Assembly: GCF_000143415.4 (NCBI RefSeq) | Contig: NW_003314261.1 | Location: forward strand, 4,146,880-4,210,879 | DNA length: 64,000 nucleotides | Source: Selaginella moellendorffii | Lineage: Eukaryota > Plantae > Lycopodiophyta | Reading direction: 5' to 3' | The notes under the pieces: generated by a model | Told to the model about the DNA's origin: nothing | The model's database searches: none | Seen by the model: only the letters and a program-made list of their open reading frames with translations | Position numbers and translations under genes: made by a program | Shown here: in pieces, positions 51,046-64,000 of the stretch | Layout of the letters: each line of letters opens with the position of its first letter | Position numbering within the stretch: the stretch's first letter is position 1

Positions 51046-51199
51046 GATATTTGATGGAAAACAAAGACTCTGACGAGGTAACGAGACAAACTAAACTAGA
51101 CTAGGAGCTGAAAAGTTCAGATTTGCGAAAATAAAGAAAAGAAAATCCCTATTAAACTTGATAAAAAGCTTTTGGATTAAAACGTAGGAACAAGAACCA

Positions 51200-52461
51200 T
51201 CACAGCCACTCCAATCCGTCTATAAAATCCGTGCTTGCGTAAAATTCAGCAGCGTCTGGCTTTATCGTTCTGGTCCAGTTTGCGCGTTTCAACGAATGAG
51301 CACCGGGACCGTAATTTTGATACTCCGCATAAAAGGCAGTGCTGTAAGAGAGCGATAAAAAAAGTTAGCAAAGAGGTGTGAAGTTACTATGATTTACCTG
51401 TTGGATGGGCCGTAAGTATCAGTCCAGTGAGTCCAGCCAACAGGATCTACCACATCCTCCATGTAACAATTGCTAAAAACCACAAATGCGTTGCTCCCCC
51501 AAGGTCGGCCCAGCGTCATCTTTCCAGTCCCACCAAGATAGCAATTGTGGAAGGAGTACCCAGAAGTGAAATTAGTGAGCGCGGCTTTTCCTTGTGCCGT
51601 CAAGGATCCACTGGTTGTGGCATTGACATTCGAGATGAGATTACATCTCTGTGCGAGGGGAGAAGAGAGTTGTGGTGTAGGAACTGAAAGACAAAAGTTT
51701 TCCTTACCTCGTAGAGTGACCTTCCAAGGCCAAATATGAAATCGATGTTCCCCTCGATGTATGTGTTCTTGAAGTAGTGCCTCCCACGATCGTCGTAGAG
51801 GGTGTCCTGGCTTGACAGGATGAAGCAATCAGAAATCTTTGCAAAATCGCCACTTAATTTCAAGGCCACGGCTTGCATGTCATGGGCTCCTGGATTTGCG
51901 AATGGTGCATCGTTCTACCAAACACATCAAATCAAAAGTTATAAAAGAGAAAACTATAGGAATGACTTACTTGGAAGGTGATGTATTGAGCAATAAAATA
52001 TCTAGAAAATACTTCAAAAGTTGCACTTTTACCAGTTCCATTAGCTGATCCATGATTTGCATTATAAACAATCACAGTATCAAATATATACTTGGTTTGG
52101 CCTTGCAATGTGATATAATCTTTAAATTTTGGTATTGTGATCTTTTCACTGCATTCCAGAAACAAAAAAAATTCAGAAAACAGAATATAATGAAAAATAT
52201 TACGTACCGGTAGACACCTGGCTCAACCAAAATCACAAATCGATTTGATGCATTATAAGGAATCCAATCGATTGCAGAGCTAATATTTTGGAAGGTATAA
52301 GCACGCAATGGATTGGTAGCATCATAAGTATAATTTGGATCAACAAAAATATAGAGTGGATGATTGTCAGCATTTATCACGGATTGATGCCTCTCGTCGC
52401 AGACAATGCATGGAACAAAGATCAAATTCAACACAAGAACAGTTGCAGCTAACTTAAACAT
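51200..52461 (-). CDS. Pectin methylesterase (group 1), copy 2, paralog of 24768-26061
   Basis: Signal peptide MFKLAATVLVLNLIFVPC; shared IFDTVIVYNANHGS.NGTGKSATF; QAVALKLSGD; QDTL; EGNIDFIFG; LGRPW; FIDGLEWL*. Same intron positions as copy 1. Confidence 0.92.
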
Positions 52462-52654
52462 TTTGACTTTTGACAAATATTGAACTATATTTTCTGATTT
52501 ATATAATACGACAATAAGCCATATATAATTTGTAATTTTTTACGGTTCACAATATTTTTAATGCTACAGCAGCTAGAAATAGTGTTTAATGCTAGATATA
52601 TTATTAATGCGAACTAAAATATTAGTTCAATTGAAAAAATGAAATATATAAAAT

Positions 52655-54814
52655 CTATGGAGTCCATGGAGGGGAGGGTGGTGGTGGAGCTGGAAACATA
52701 GGAGGTATCGCAGAAAATATCGTCATTGCATCAATACCAGCGTCGTCTTTGCCAGAGAGTGCGATCAAAGCTGCGACTAAACCCGCATTTCCAGCGATGG
52801 TCGGCTCCGTGAAGTTGTAATTCCCTCTCTTGTCTTGGAACCTGTCCTTGGGATCGGGGCCCCCGACTAGAGCGCCTTCGATAACATTGGGATTGGGCTG
52901 CTTGCTATCCCTCCACTTGAATCCAGACACATCGCAAGCAGTCTTGCGATTCTTGGGAACCGATGCTGCTCGGTGGTGGACGTACTTGGGATACTTGTTG
53001 CCGAATCCCACAACGTAGCTCATATGCCGTGGGTTCTTCCCGAGAATGTAGTCCATCTGGATAGGAAACTAGTTATAACTCGAAGGAAAACTGGGAAACT
53101 ATCGATGCTTGCCTGAGACTTTGCAAATTCGCGTAGCTTGTCAGCCTTGTAGAGCTGCGGACCGCATGACCAGCCAGGAATGTCCGCCGCCAGTAAGTAG
53201 TCACTGTAAAGCGTCGCTAGGAATGCAGCATTGACGGAGTATTGCAATGGTGCCGGGCCGCCTCTGTTGAAGAGCACGAGTCCTCCTGGAAAATGCGAGT
53301 TATGGAACTGATTATATAGATTCTTGTCTGTTTGCTGGGATGTACCTGGCGTCTTTGGAAATATTTTATACACTGGCAAGTACGAGCACATAACGATGTC
53401 TGTCTGATTGTGAAAGCTCTTAAGGACGGTTTCATATGGATATCCAGGACCTTGGAGCATCCTTAGTCTGGTTAGCAACACCTGTACATTCCGGAGTTTT
53501 GTATTTCAAGTCGACTTGCTCAAAAGGAACAAAAACAGAACCAAAACGAAAAAAACTAGAGTGTACATACCTGAGCACCGATAAGTTTGTTGTCCCAATT
53601 GAAAACTCCATAAAACTGGCTGTTTCTGTATGCCCCGGCATGCCGTCCTATTCCATAAGTTGTCACAAGTTGGAGGTAGCTGATATTTCCCGTTGCGTAG
53701 TACAGCCAAGCTCCACCCCACAAATACTCGTCGTAGTATCCACTCGAGTTGTAAAATCCCGCTGCATCAGGCACGCTTGCACTGTAGCGACCGCGTCGAT
53801 CCCTGGACATCTTGAACAAGATGTCCGCACCGTGAACCAGCTTCTGGGAGTAAGCACTGTTTCCTTTAAAAACTATAGATGCCGCGGCCAAGGCGGCTGC
53901 CATTTCCGCAGCCAAGTCTGATGCCGTGCCAGTCTGCATCGATGGCCGCGGGTAGTCCATGTCTTCTGGCCTCTCCCAGCAGAAATGATCATCAGGAGAA
54001 TCCCCACGTCCCTTGCCTACCTGGTCAGAAAAAGAAAAGAAAAACACTTTTCTCTTGACAGCTCTTTCAACTTAACAACCATACCTGAGCATAGATCGAA
54101 TTCACGCTTGGCGCAGAGGCATTAAACGTCTTGAGCAGATAGTCAGTCCCCCATTTAATCAAGTCTTTAACGTGACCGAGCTCGCCCACCGCCTCATACT
54201 TGCTACTGTACTCAATCACGCTCCAACTTAGCAGCGTCATAGCGAACGCCTGTGGAAAGTGGAACTTGATATTGTCGCCGGCATCGTAGTATCCTCCAAC
54301 CAAATCGGCCTGGTTGTCCGATCCATCCTTAAGACCCGAGTCACCTCGGTACGAGATGTTGTTCCCATGCGGGAGTTTCCCAGCTGGAAGAGAAAACAAC
54401 TTCAAACTTCCTCCTCCTCCTAGAAAGCCAAAAGAAGAAAAGAGTATACTCACATTTTTGGGCGTTGAAAAACTTGAGAGCTTTGTGTAGAGCGAGCGTG
54501 TAGTTGTCCGGAGGGGACGGATGGCGGTGGTGCCTGGGAGCTGTCTTGACGATGAGAACCGTGAATCCGGCGATGAATCCCACCGCGAGGATGGCGTAGA
54601 CGATCCCGAGGAAGAGCTTCTGGCTACAAACGATGCATCCCAGATCGATCGTTTTCTTCCTTTTCTTCTCCCCGGCACCGAGAAGCCAGCTCTGCTGCGT
54701 CTCCTCCAGCTTCTGCAAGGCCGCCCTGTCCAAATCCATGCTCCTGTTGCTCTGATCTTCCTCGTTCACGGAAGGATCCAGCTCCAGGGGGCCGCCCCAT
54801 GAATTATGGTACAT
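52655..54814 (-). CDS. KOR1: Membrane-anchored endo-1,4-beta-glucanase, GH9 class A (KORRIGAN-like)
   Basis: WGGPLE...[11 protein letters not shown]...IDLGC, transmembrane helix, [29 protein letters not shown], Pro-rich end [10 protein letters not shown]. Confidence 0.95.
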
Positions 54815-55824
54815 GGCGATCGATCGATCGCGGCGCTGACCAGAAATTGGCGTGCCCGGCCGGCAATCGACGCAATGCGGCTAGAATCTTGTCAAGGAAG
54901 TGTGGCGGCGGCGATTCTTGCGACCTGTAACGCACGCTTTGCCCGATCCAAATATCTCCAGCAAGACGCTGGACGATCTTGGAAAGAAGTCAAGGAATGC
55001 CGCTCAGCTTACCGAAATTTCTTGCGATCGCAGAGCGTCGACGCCAGCCCAGCCCAGCTCGGCGCCTCCGCCATAGCTGGCTGTGACGAGCACCGGTTAG
55101 AACCTGGCTTGGGAACACGCGGAAAGAAGAAGCTTCTTCTCTCCGGCGAAAAAACAAATAAACCCCTCGCTCATTCTTGACGTGCTGCCCGCCAGCTCAG
55201 GGCGCCTCCACCCAACCACGATGTGCCACGTGTTTCTACCTTGACTTTGCTGTGAGCGCAACGTGGGATCGTGGTTAGGTTTGAGTATTATATTTGATCG
55301 AGGTTTATTGTTGTAGAGACGTGCTTTGGTTTGGTCATTCTTACACTCAGCTTGGAGTTTTTAGTTTTTTATTCTCAAAGTTTGATGGTAGGTTTTAGAT
55401 GAACTGGCTGGCTTTTCAAGCAATCCTTGCTCGCACCTGGAGAGATTGTGGAGGGAATTATTCCATTGTGGTAGCTGTCTATGTAGAGTGCGTTTAGTGA
55501 TGACGAGCTACCTAACAAAACAGCCCCTCGGTTTCTAACTCCAGCAGCAACAGTCGCTTTGTTTGTTACGCCAACTTACTTGGTTTCGCAATCAAAGCAA
55601 TAATGTTTAGTGGGCTTTAAGAACATTCTCTGTTTTGTGCTCTTTTAACGGTCAAGATGTATATGATGTTTCTAACCGTTGGTTTTTAATTTAAATTAAA
55701 CGTTTTTTTCAATAATTATAGACAATGGCGTGAAAAATGGACTCATATATCTACGTCTGGGGGGTTTTCTCTATACACGAGAGAGCTACAAAACCAAGTG
55801 AGCGAAACCAAGACAATAGCTATT

Positions 55825-58800
55825 TTACGTATCATTGTAACGCGACGATGAGGAGCCATCTCCCAGCCTTCTCCGAGGATGCATGCTGGCTCGCCTGGCC
55901 ACGTCCCACGACCTGTGAGGGGTGCTCACGCCCTCTTGCAGCGCAAAGAAGGAGTCGAAACCCGGAGAGTCGAAGGAGAAGCCCGTGTGCCGGGACCTCT
56001 CGCGGGGGAGCTGAGCCATGGCCAGAGTCCGCCGCTCCTCCTCGGTCAGTGACTGCTCCCCGTCTAGCAGGTGCATCTCGTACGCGTCCTCGGACGAGAA
56101 GGTCGGGGAGGATCGCAGGTGATACTTCTCGTCCTCTTCTATGATCTCGTAGTCGTAAGGAGCGAACCAGCGCCTGAGTCTGCAAAGCCAAAACAGTCGA
56201 GAGAAATGCTAAGACAGATGGTGGAACAAGTAGGCTTACCCGCTGTAGAGGAAATCGCCAAGTAAAGCTACCACTGGAACTAAGACTAACGTGAACCAAA
56301 AGTAGAAAGTCCCCATGAGAACGAATATCACGAAACGGATGTTTAGCTGGAAAGGCACGCAACAAAGCAAGCGTAAGACGAGAGCTAGCAGCGAAATCGG
56401 TTTGCGAGGACGTACCTGACTAGTCCAGTTTGTTCTAAGAGCCGAGTATATGAAAACAAAGACGAACCACGCCAGGATGCTGCATCCAACGCTTATATGG
56501 TGCCAGATGGTCAAGTACGTCGATGCCATTAGGAGCCGCAAGTTAACCGTGATGACGATACATGTGAAAGCCATCGTGCCTAGATCCCACAGGCCAAGTA
56601 GCATACCAGAGCTGTTTTGACCAATCCTTCCGGCGTGAACGGGGAAAGCGAAGAGAATGATGGACTGGTAAATTCCCGAGATGAACCAAACCGCTAAGAC
56701 ACGCCATCTGAAATACGCATTTCTTATTCCAGCCATATAAAGTTGAGGATTTAGCTTGGACTTGGTCGCACTGACATCCTGCCTCAAACAAACACCGTGA
56801 AAATGAAACGGAGCGAAGTAGTGTATCGGTTACCTGGTCGAAAATTCCAACAACGATGACTGGCAGTGCTGTGAACAACACATTGTATAAAGACTGAAAC
56901 CAGTCGTCGTAGAACCGTTGGCCAGAAAAACCAGTGTAGCAATTGAACCAGAACTGCGTCAAGGTGAACGTAAGATTCTTGTAAAAGAAATAGCTCACGA
57001 CCTGAAAGCGGCAGCATTAGAGGACTGATAGAACGAGACATTTGAACCATACGAACCTTTGTTATCCGAATATATGACCACCGTCCATGCACCAGGAGCA
57101 GATCAGTAAGAAATCGAAACTGTGCTATAGCAAAATCGCTTGCCATCACTGCTTGCATTCCTTCCTGCCCACTGATTCCAACCCCGATATGAGCAGCTTG
57201 AATCATGCTCACGTCGTTAGCACCATCACCAATGCTTAAAGTTATTTTCTTGGCTCCGTCTTTCACTAGTTTCGTTACCTGCCAATAGAATTACAAGATC
57301 AAAACACACAAATGGAAAGGAAACACTTACTTGAGCTTTCTGCAATGGAGAAACTCGACAGCACACAACAGCCTTGCACTTAATTCCCAGTTTCAAGAGA
57401 GTGGCGCGTAACGGAGAATCCAGCGCAAACATTAAGCATTTACCGTCGATTACTAGCGCCATATCAAGCCCTGTCCTTGCACGTTCATTGTCTTCCGCCT
57501 CTGTTAAAGAGGAAAACAATTGGTCTCTCACCCAAGACTCGATTGTGCGAGCAGTGGCAGCAGGATCTCCCTGGAAAGAAGGTCAATACCATACTTTAAC
57601 GAACTGTAGAGCAGCTCTCACTCACCCTCTCTTCGACCTCTCGGATTGCCTTTGTTTCAGAACCAATAACAAACTGCTTCATTTCGTTGTTGACGAGGTT
57701 GCAAGCTGATCAAAAAGCAAATCTTGCGAGCTGTTTAACAACGAAAAACAATACCATACCGTAGGCAATATTGATAGCTGTCTCCATTTTGTCCCCGGTT
57801 AACACCCAGATTTTAATTCCAGCCCTCGCAAGAGTTTCTATGCACGTTGGGACTCCTTCCTGCAACTTATCTTCAATGGCTGTTGCTCCAATCAACATTA
57901 GCTCTTTCTCAATATGTTCCGCAACCTATATTCGAAAACAGCATCAGAAGACCGTCATTTTGGGGACTGCAATGAAAACCTCGTCGAGCTTCTTTTCTCG
58001 ATCTCGTAAAGCTGATTTTGCTTGCACGAATTTCTCGTTCCACGCATCATAGAGCTGCGGATCCAGATCACGATACGCCAAGCACAAGGTTCGAAGTCCA
58101 TCTGCTCCAAACTTCTCGAGGTGTTCTCTCGTCACTTCTTTGATCTCAGTATTCTTGTCGGACAACCTCTCATAAATAACATTATCGGCTCCCTAGCAGA
58201 TGCAAAAACGTTAGAAAAAAAGAAGAAGCATCTTCATGGTCTACAAACCTTGCAGTACAAGACGAGCCTCCCGTTTGGATAGCGGCAAATGACAGACTGA
58301 CGTTTCCTTGTGCTATAGCACTAACAAAGACTGTTAAGAAACTGGCGCCTAGAATTAACTTTCTTCACCTGTTGAACTCCAAAACATTTAAAATTTCGTA
58401 TTCAGCGTCTTGGACACGACCAGCCTTCTCGAGGTATGATTCTCGAACTTTGATCGTTGTGGGTGACCTCCTGCAAGCACCAACCAGATATATTTATACA
58501 AAATTAAATTGCTGTTTCAACTTACCGGTAAAAGAAAAAGCCAAAATTTTTAGCAGCTTGCACAAGAGCAGCCTCGTCCGGAGAGGCGGCTTGATAAACT
58601 ATTTTGTCCGGCGTCTCATCCCCTTCAGGCAACACCGTATGGCAAATTGCAAGACACCTAAAAAACTCCTGCACCACAAGTGATATAAGCTAGAACTTGG
58701 TACCAAACTAAGCCCACCATGCACATTTCAGGTTGAGTTTCGTTTTTCCATGCTCCCTTCATCAGCCTTCTATCGTCAAAGTTGAACCCCTTCTCTCGGA

Positions 58801-60922
58801 TGGCATATTCGGAAGGTTTTACCTATTGCCATCGTTAAGCCTTCCAGATCATGAAAAAACTATCAGATAAAATACCTCTTCAATAGTAGTCCCAGTGCGT
58901 CGAGCAGCTGCTCTTTGAATTTCCGTTATTCCTGTTCCGTACATTACTCCGGCGATCGAGCATTTGAAAAATTCCATCAAGTTTCTTGTTAGTGTACCAG
59001 TCTTATCTGAGAAGATGTACTCGATCTGCAAATAGTGAGCAGAAATGTTCTTGTGTGAATTTGACTTAAGACAAAATAGTTTACCTGGCCAAGCTCCTCG
59101 TTAAGGTTTGATGTACGAGCCATCGCGTATGTTTTACTGGGAGCATGGTACATATTACGATCATTATTGATAAACTGTGTTGACTGGATAAACTTGATCA
59201 TCTGCCAGAAGAATCGATTCAGGCAGAGATTGAATAGAACGAAGGTAATCACCTCAATGGACACATATAAAGAAATTGGAATAATGGGCGAATAGAGGGT
59301 GACAAAAGTGAACAGATTAAGAATCGCAACCTGTAGAGTCGGGTTTTAAAACCAGCAAAAATAGCCAAAAGATAATACCACAAATTTGTTGCTGGGGTTG
59401 TATTGCTGTTCCACGTCATTACTGAGATTGAGATACCAGTACTTGCGATCGATAAAAGCTGCACTGTCATCCATCCAGAAAGTGTTAGCAACAATATAGC
59501 ATTTCTCTCAACTTACCTTCCAATGGCGCCAATCACACATAGGACAAACAATATACAGAATAAAAGGAGAATCAGCTTGTCAAGCCTTCGTTCTAGAGTA
59601 CTGCGTTTAGAAGGTACGGCCATTGCATTCATCATCACCTGGATTAAAGTTTGAAAATTGTGAAGTAAAATGCACTTGTGTACCTTTGTCTCATGACCAG
59701 TAAAAAGAACGACGCCAACAACCCACTCCGTGTTCCGCAGGCTACAACCCTGCGTATCACATCGATATCAGCGGACGCAAACTCCAACTACACCAGTGTT
59801 ACCCTCAGCAAAATCTGGTTCGGTGACAACGGCAGTGTTTGCTTTCCCATGACTAGATTCCCAGTGAACGTGTACAAAGAGTTATTAGGCTGCTCGCATT
59901 CTATTACGCCTGCGCATCGCAAACGCTCAGAATAGCTTTTCTAGAGTTCGAGATTACCTCTAAAGTCTGGCGCCTTATCGGGATACATGTAATCCCAGGT
60001 TTTTTCTAGTGCTTTGCGAATCTTCAAATTAGTTTCTCCATCAAGGTTAGATGTCTGGACCAGATGAAAGAAACTTCAGTGAATGAACGAACTCTAGACG
60101 TCAAGATGTAAACAGTACCTCGATGTAACAGATCCCATCAGCATTGGTACTTGCTAGGAAAAGCAAGTCTGCTGGAAAGTACTGGTCTTGGTTAACCTGT
60201 TAAGAACGCTCCGTGAAATGCCTAAAACACGAGAATTACGTACCCTGATAACATCTCCTACATTCAAATCTTTCCACGCAACATTCCTCCACTCGTTTCC
60301 TCTACAGACTTCGACGGGGCTCGCGTTGACTATTTTATCGCTTTGATAGCGTCTCTATACGACTGTAGAATTAAAACGCGTGTGTCTAGAAGCTTTCATA
60401 ATGCCCACCTGATCCTCGAAAGCCTCCTTGATCAAAGATACTGCAAGCACTAGCGACAGTGGTACGATGTTCGTGATGGGCTGAACAGGGCTGCAAATTT
60501 CACCACAACGTTGGAAAAATGATACCAGCAAACAAAGAACTAAGGTCAGACCTTACAGGTGTTGCTGAAAGGATGGCGATCATAAGAAAATAGAGGTTTG
60601 CAACACGTCGGAACTGCATAGGAGAATGAAGAAGAAAAGTTTAAGAAAAAGGATGAGTAGAGCGCTATGAACCTGTTCAAACAAGCCCTTGGGCAGAAAA
60701 GTGACCAAATTATACTTCGTCGTTGATATCACGTTACCCTGGATCGTAAAACCCCCAAGCAAGGAATCAGACAAGAGAACCAAATTCCAGTAACTCCACC
60801 TTGAACTTGAAGGGCGCATTTTGCTCCGGATCATTGCAGTACACTGTTCGATGCGCGATATGCGCATCCCCCATCGCATTATGCTGCTGGAATCGCGTCC
60901 CACCCCTAAATCCGGGAGCCAT
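55825..60922 (-). CDS. ALA3: Phospholipid-transporting P4-ATPase (ALA3-like), many exons
   Basis: ATG at 60922 (MAPGF...HRTVYCND); ISTTKYN; NLDGETNLK; FSDKTGTLT; AASPDE; TGDK; GDGANDV; YKN; C-terminal [17 protein letters not shown]...[10 protein letters not shown] typical of ALA3. Confidence 0.95.
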
Positions 60923-61338
60923 CGCTTCGAAATCTCACACGCAGCGGGCCAATTCTTGCAGCTACCAATCTCCAGATCTCGCAAATGCCGCGCGGAGCTA
61001 CTAACCTCGGGCGCGGATCCGGGCGCCTCAGTGGAGCTCCCCCATCCCAGAGCTGGACGAAATGAAAAACCCTAAAGTAAGACGCTTGGTGCTGGGACCA
61101 AAGAAAGGAGGGAAAAGAAGAAGGAAAAAAATACACCCAAGGTACTTTCCAAAGATCCGCCGAATATCCTGCCTTTCACTTATTTTGGGTCGACGTTTTG
61201 GCCACCCCATCGTACAGCCATTCGCGTACGAAAGGTCACGCCCTTTGGGCCCTGTCATCAAGCCCAGCTCGCGAGCAAAAGCTTTCTTCTTCCTCTCTTT
61301 GGAAGCGATAGAGAGAGAGGGAGAAAGAACCAAAAGAA

Positions 61339-61817
61339 ATGGCGACCGCGTCAGTGGATGTCAAGGAGCTCCCAGCATCATACGTGTTTGTGGCCGATGT
61401 CCCGGGGCTCAAGAACACGGACATCAAGGTAAAATCACCTAAACAAACGCGATCGAAGGAATTTCACACCAAATGCAGCCCCGGGGCGAATCCTCTCTCG
61501 ATCAACTCCCTCTGTGTGTGTGATCCAATCCAATCCAGGTCCAAATCGAGAACGATAGCATCCTCAAGATCAGCGGCGAACGCAAGCGCGAGGACAATCC
61601 AAGCTATGACATCAAATACGTGAGGGTGGAGCGCGCCGTGGGCAAATTCATGAGGAAGTTTAATCTTCCCGCCAATGCCAACCTAGAGGCGGTGGCGGCG
61701 TCTTGCCAGGATGGAATCCTCACCGTCACTGTGCCCAAGATCCCACCTCCAGAGCCCCACCAGCCCAAGACCTTCGATATCGCGGTCGCTAGCACCGCTG
61801 CTGATAGTAAAAAGTAA
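61339..61817 (+). CDS. Class II-like small heat shock protein, 122 aa, exons 61339-61428 and 61539-61817
   Basis: [30 protein letters not shown]|[18 protein letters not shown]...[19 protein letters not shown]...[18 protein letters not shown]. Confidence 0.9.
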
Positions 61818-61942
61818 AACCAGAGATTATACCTTTACCACTTATCCATGCGTTTTACCCATACGTATGAGTTGAGGGGGATCATTCCCGGAATGTATTC
61901 CCTCCATCCAGAAGAATATATAGTGCTCTAGGGTCACCATTT

Positions 61943-64000
61943 ATGCATCTCTATTCGTGCCGTGCGCAAGTGCTCGTCCTCTCGCGCTGTTCGTCGCCAT
62001 CGCCGCCGGCGGACCAGCAGCGCCATCGCGGGCGCCAGCATTGGATCTCGTCGATTCACCTCGAAATCCGGCGTCACAGCAGGCTCTTCCGGCGATCGTC
62101 GTCGTCGTCTAGGGTAAGGCTCCGGGCGAGGAGCGCGTCGGCAATGCCCGCCTTCCACAGCGCTGGGTCGAAATTCCAGGATCTGGCGTCCTACGAGACG
62201 ATTGATGCGTCCACGTTCCTGGCCGGATTGATGCCCAAGAAGGAGATTGGCGCCGATCGGTTCCTGGAAGAGCATCCCGAGTATGATGGGAGAGGAGTCG
62301 TGATTGCGATATTTGGTTCGTTTGATTGGTAGTTTTTGCATTTCTTATGCTCTCTGTTTGCAGATTCTGGTGTAGATCCTGCCGCAGCTGGGCTACAAAT
62401 CACATCGGATGGCAAGCCAAAAATCATAGACATCGTTGATTGGTGAGTCTAGTTTCAGTACTTCCTAGTGTGTGTTTACGTGCACCAACCAAATTCTTGT
62501 AGCACTGGAAGTGGAGACGTTGATACATCCAAAGTTGTACGTCAAGATGACAAGGGATGCATTATTGGAGCCTCTGGTATGAAAATTGATCACGACTATG
62601 CTCGGTTCGATATTTGTCTTTCCAACCAGGTGCCACATTGCGGCTCAATGGATCCTGGGTAAATCCATCAGGAGATTGGCGAGTCGGCTGCAAATTTGTG
62701 TATGAGCTCTTTCCAGAGAGACTGTCTACTCGTCTGAAGGTAATAGTCCGTGTCTCCGGCATGAGTTCGAAATATGTTTTCAGAGGGAGCGAAGGAAACA
62801 CTGGGACAAAAATCACAGGGAGGCCATTACCGATGCTATCCGGCAACTCCAAGCATTTGACCTTGTAAGAGCTCATCTCTTTTTTTGTTTTTCATCTTTT
62901 TTCCTTGTGCTTCCTTTCCCGTTTCCTTTTTTTCGGCTTTACTCCTAAACACTGATGCATTCTACAGAAATATCCAAAGCCTTCGGATTCCAACTTGAAG
63001 AAGCAAAGAGAGGACCTTCAGAATAAAGTGGATATCCTTCAGAAGCTAACGGATGTGAGCAAAAGTTTTTCTTTTTTGTGAATCGTTCCTTCTGATTCGC
63101 TGCTTTGTTCTAGAGCTACGAGGACAAAGGTCCTATTATAGACGCCGTGGTATGGCACGATGGAGAGGTTTGGCGCGTTGCACTTGATACATCAGAGATG
63201 GAAGATGATGATGGGATTGGAAAGCTTGAGGATTTTACTCCAATGACCAACTACAAGTAACACAGGCGTATAATTGTTTGTGACTGACCACTTTTTTTGT
63301 AGGATTGAGAAGAAATACGGCATTTTTTCTCGAACGGATGCGTGCAGCTTCGTGACTAATGTCTACGACAATGGAGATATCCTTAGCATCGTGACTGATT
63401 GCTCCCCTCATGGTACTCATGTGGCTGGGATCACGGCAGCTCACGATCCGAAGGTTGTTTATCTTACTTCTATGATACGTACTAAAGCTGTGACGTACTT
63501 ATAGGAGCCATTGTTGAATGGGATTGCTCCTGGAGCGCAGCTAGTTTCCTGTAAAATCGGAGATACGAGACTTGGCTCCATGGAAACAGGCACCGGCCTC
63601 ACTCGTGCACTCATTGCTGTAATTGAGGTACTTATGAAATGGTACTGTTCAACGGAGCTCATATGTAACAGCTTTCTCATGCCAATGCAAGCCTTGTATC
63701 CTTTTCTCCTGATAGACTGTATTACTGCACCCGTGTTGCTTGTGCGAAACTCCTGGCGTCGTTCAGTTTTTCGTTCTATATAGTGACTTACTTTCGCCTG
63801 ACAGAACAAATGTGACTTGATCAATATGAGCTACGGGGAGCCAACGAGATTTCCTGATTATGGTCGCTTCACCAGACTGGCGAATGAGGTATCATGCAAA
63901 CACTTGTAGCTTGTTCTGTTGTTTCTGAACAAGTTTTATGTTTTATAGGTGGTACATAAGCACGGTGTGATTTTTGTGAGTAGTGCTGGGAACAATGGAC
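61943..64000 (+). CDS. TPP2: Tripeptidyl peptidase II (subtilisin family), 5' part, runs off the right edge
   Basis: [29 protein letters not shown]|[12 protein letters not shown]; HGTHVAGI; [15 protein letters not shown]; INMSYGE; SSAGNNG. Confidence 0.96.

Overview
Eukaryotic, very gene-dense land-plant nuclear DNA. It has about 24 protein-coding genes in 64 kb, introns mostly 42-80 nt and intergenic gaps often under 200 bp. This style most resembles the lycophyte Selaginella (inference only). Gene order: paladin-like PTP (partial), beta-tubulin, intron-containing class I sHSP, three P-type PPR genes, NOP2, ubinuclein, PEX11, DUF630/632 protein, pectin methylesterase 1, intronless SLU7, NDUFAF7, prefoldin 6, zinc-finger/M18 aminopeptidase fusion, R2R3-MYB, a chimeric pseudogene carrying a decayed threonine deaminase 3' copy, threonine deaminase, SprT/Spartan-like protease, plastid CNNM/CBS protein, an uncharacterised plastid-type protein, group IV CDPK, pectin methylesterase 2, KORRIGAN, ALA3-like P4-ATPase, a short class II-like sHSP, and TPP2 (partial). 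The best novelty candidate is at 31356-34066. There a divergent zf-4CXXC_R1-like (CDCA7/KDM3-type) Cys-rich domain and a basic NLS are in frame with an aspartyl aminopeptidase whose catalytic Glu (FDNEE to FDNGE) and substrate-pocket motifs are substituted while the metal ligands remain. That pattern suggests a nuclear pseudo-peptidase scaffold. No rRNA, tRNA, CRISPR or recognisable transposon was found. Exon boundaries were read by eye, and family assignments come from recalled motifs, not database searches.
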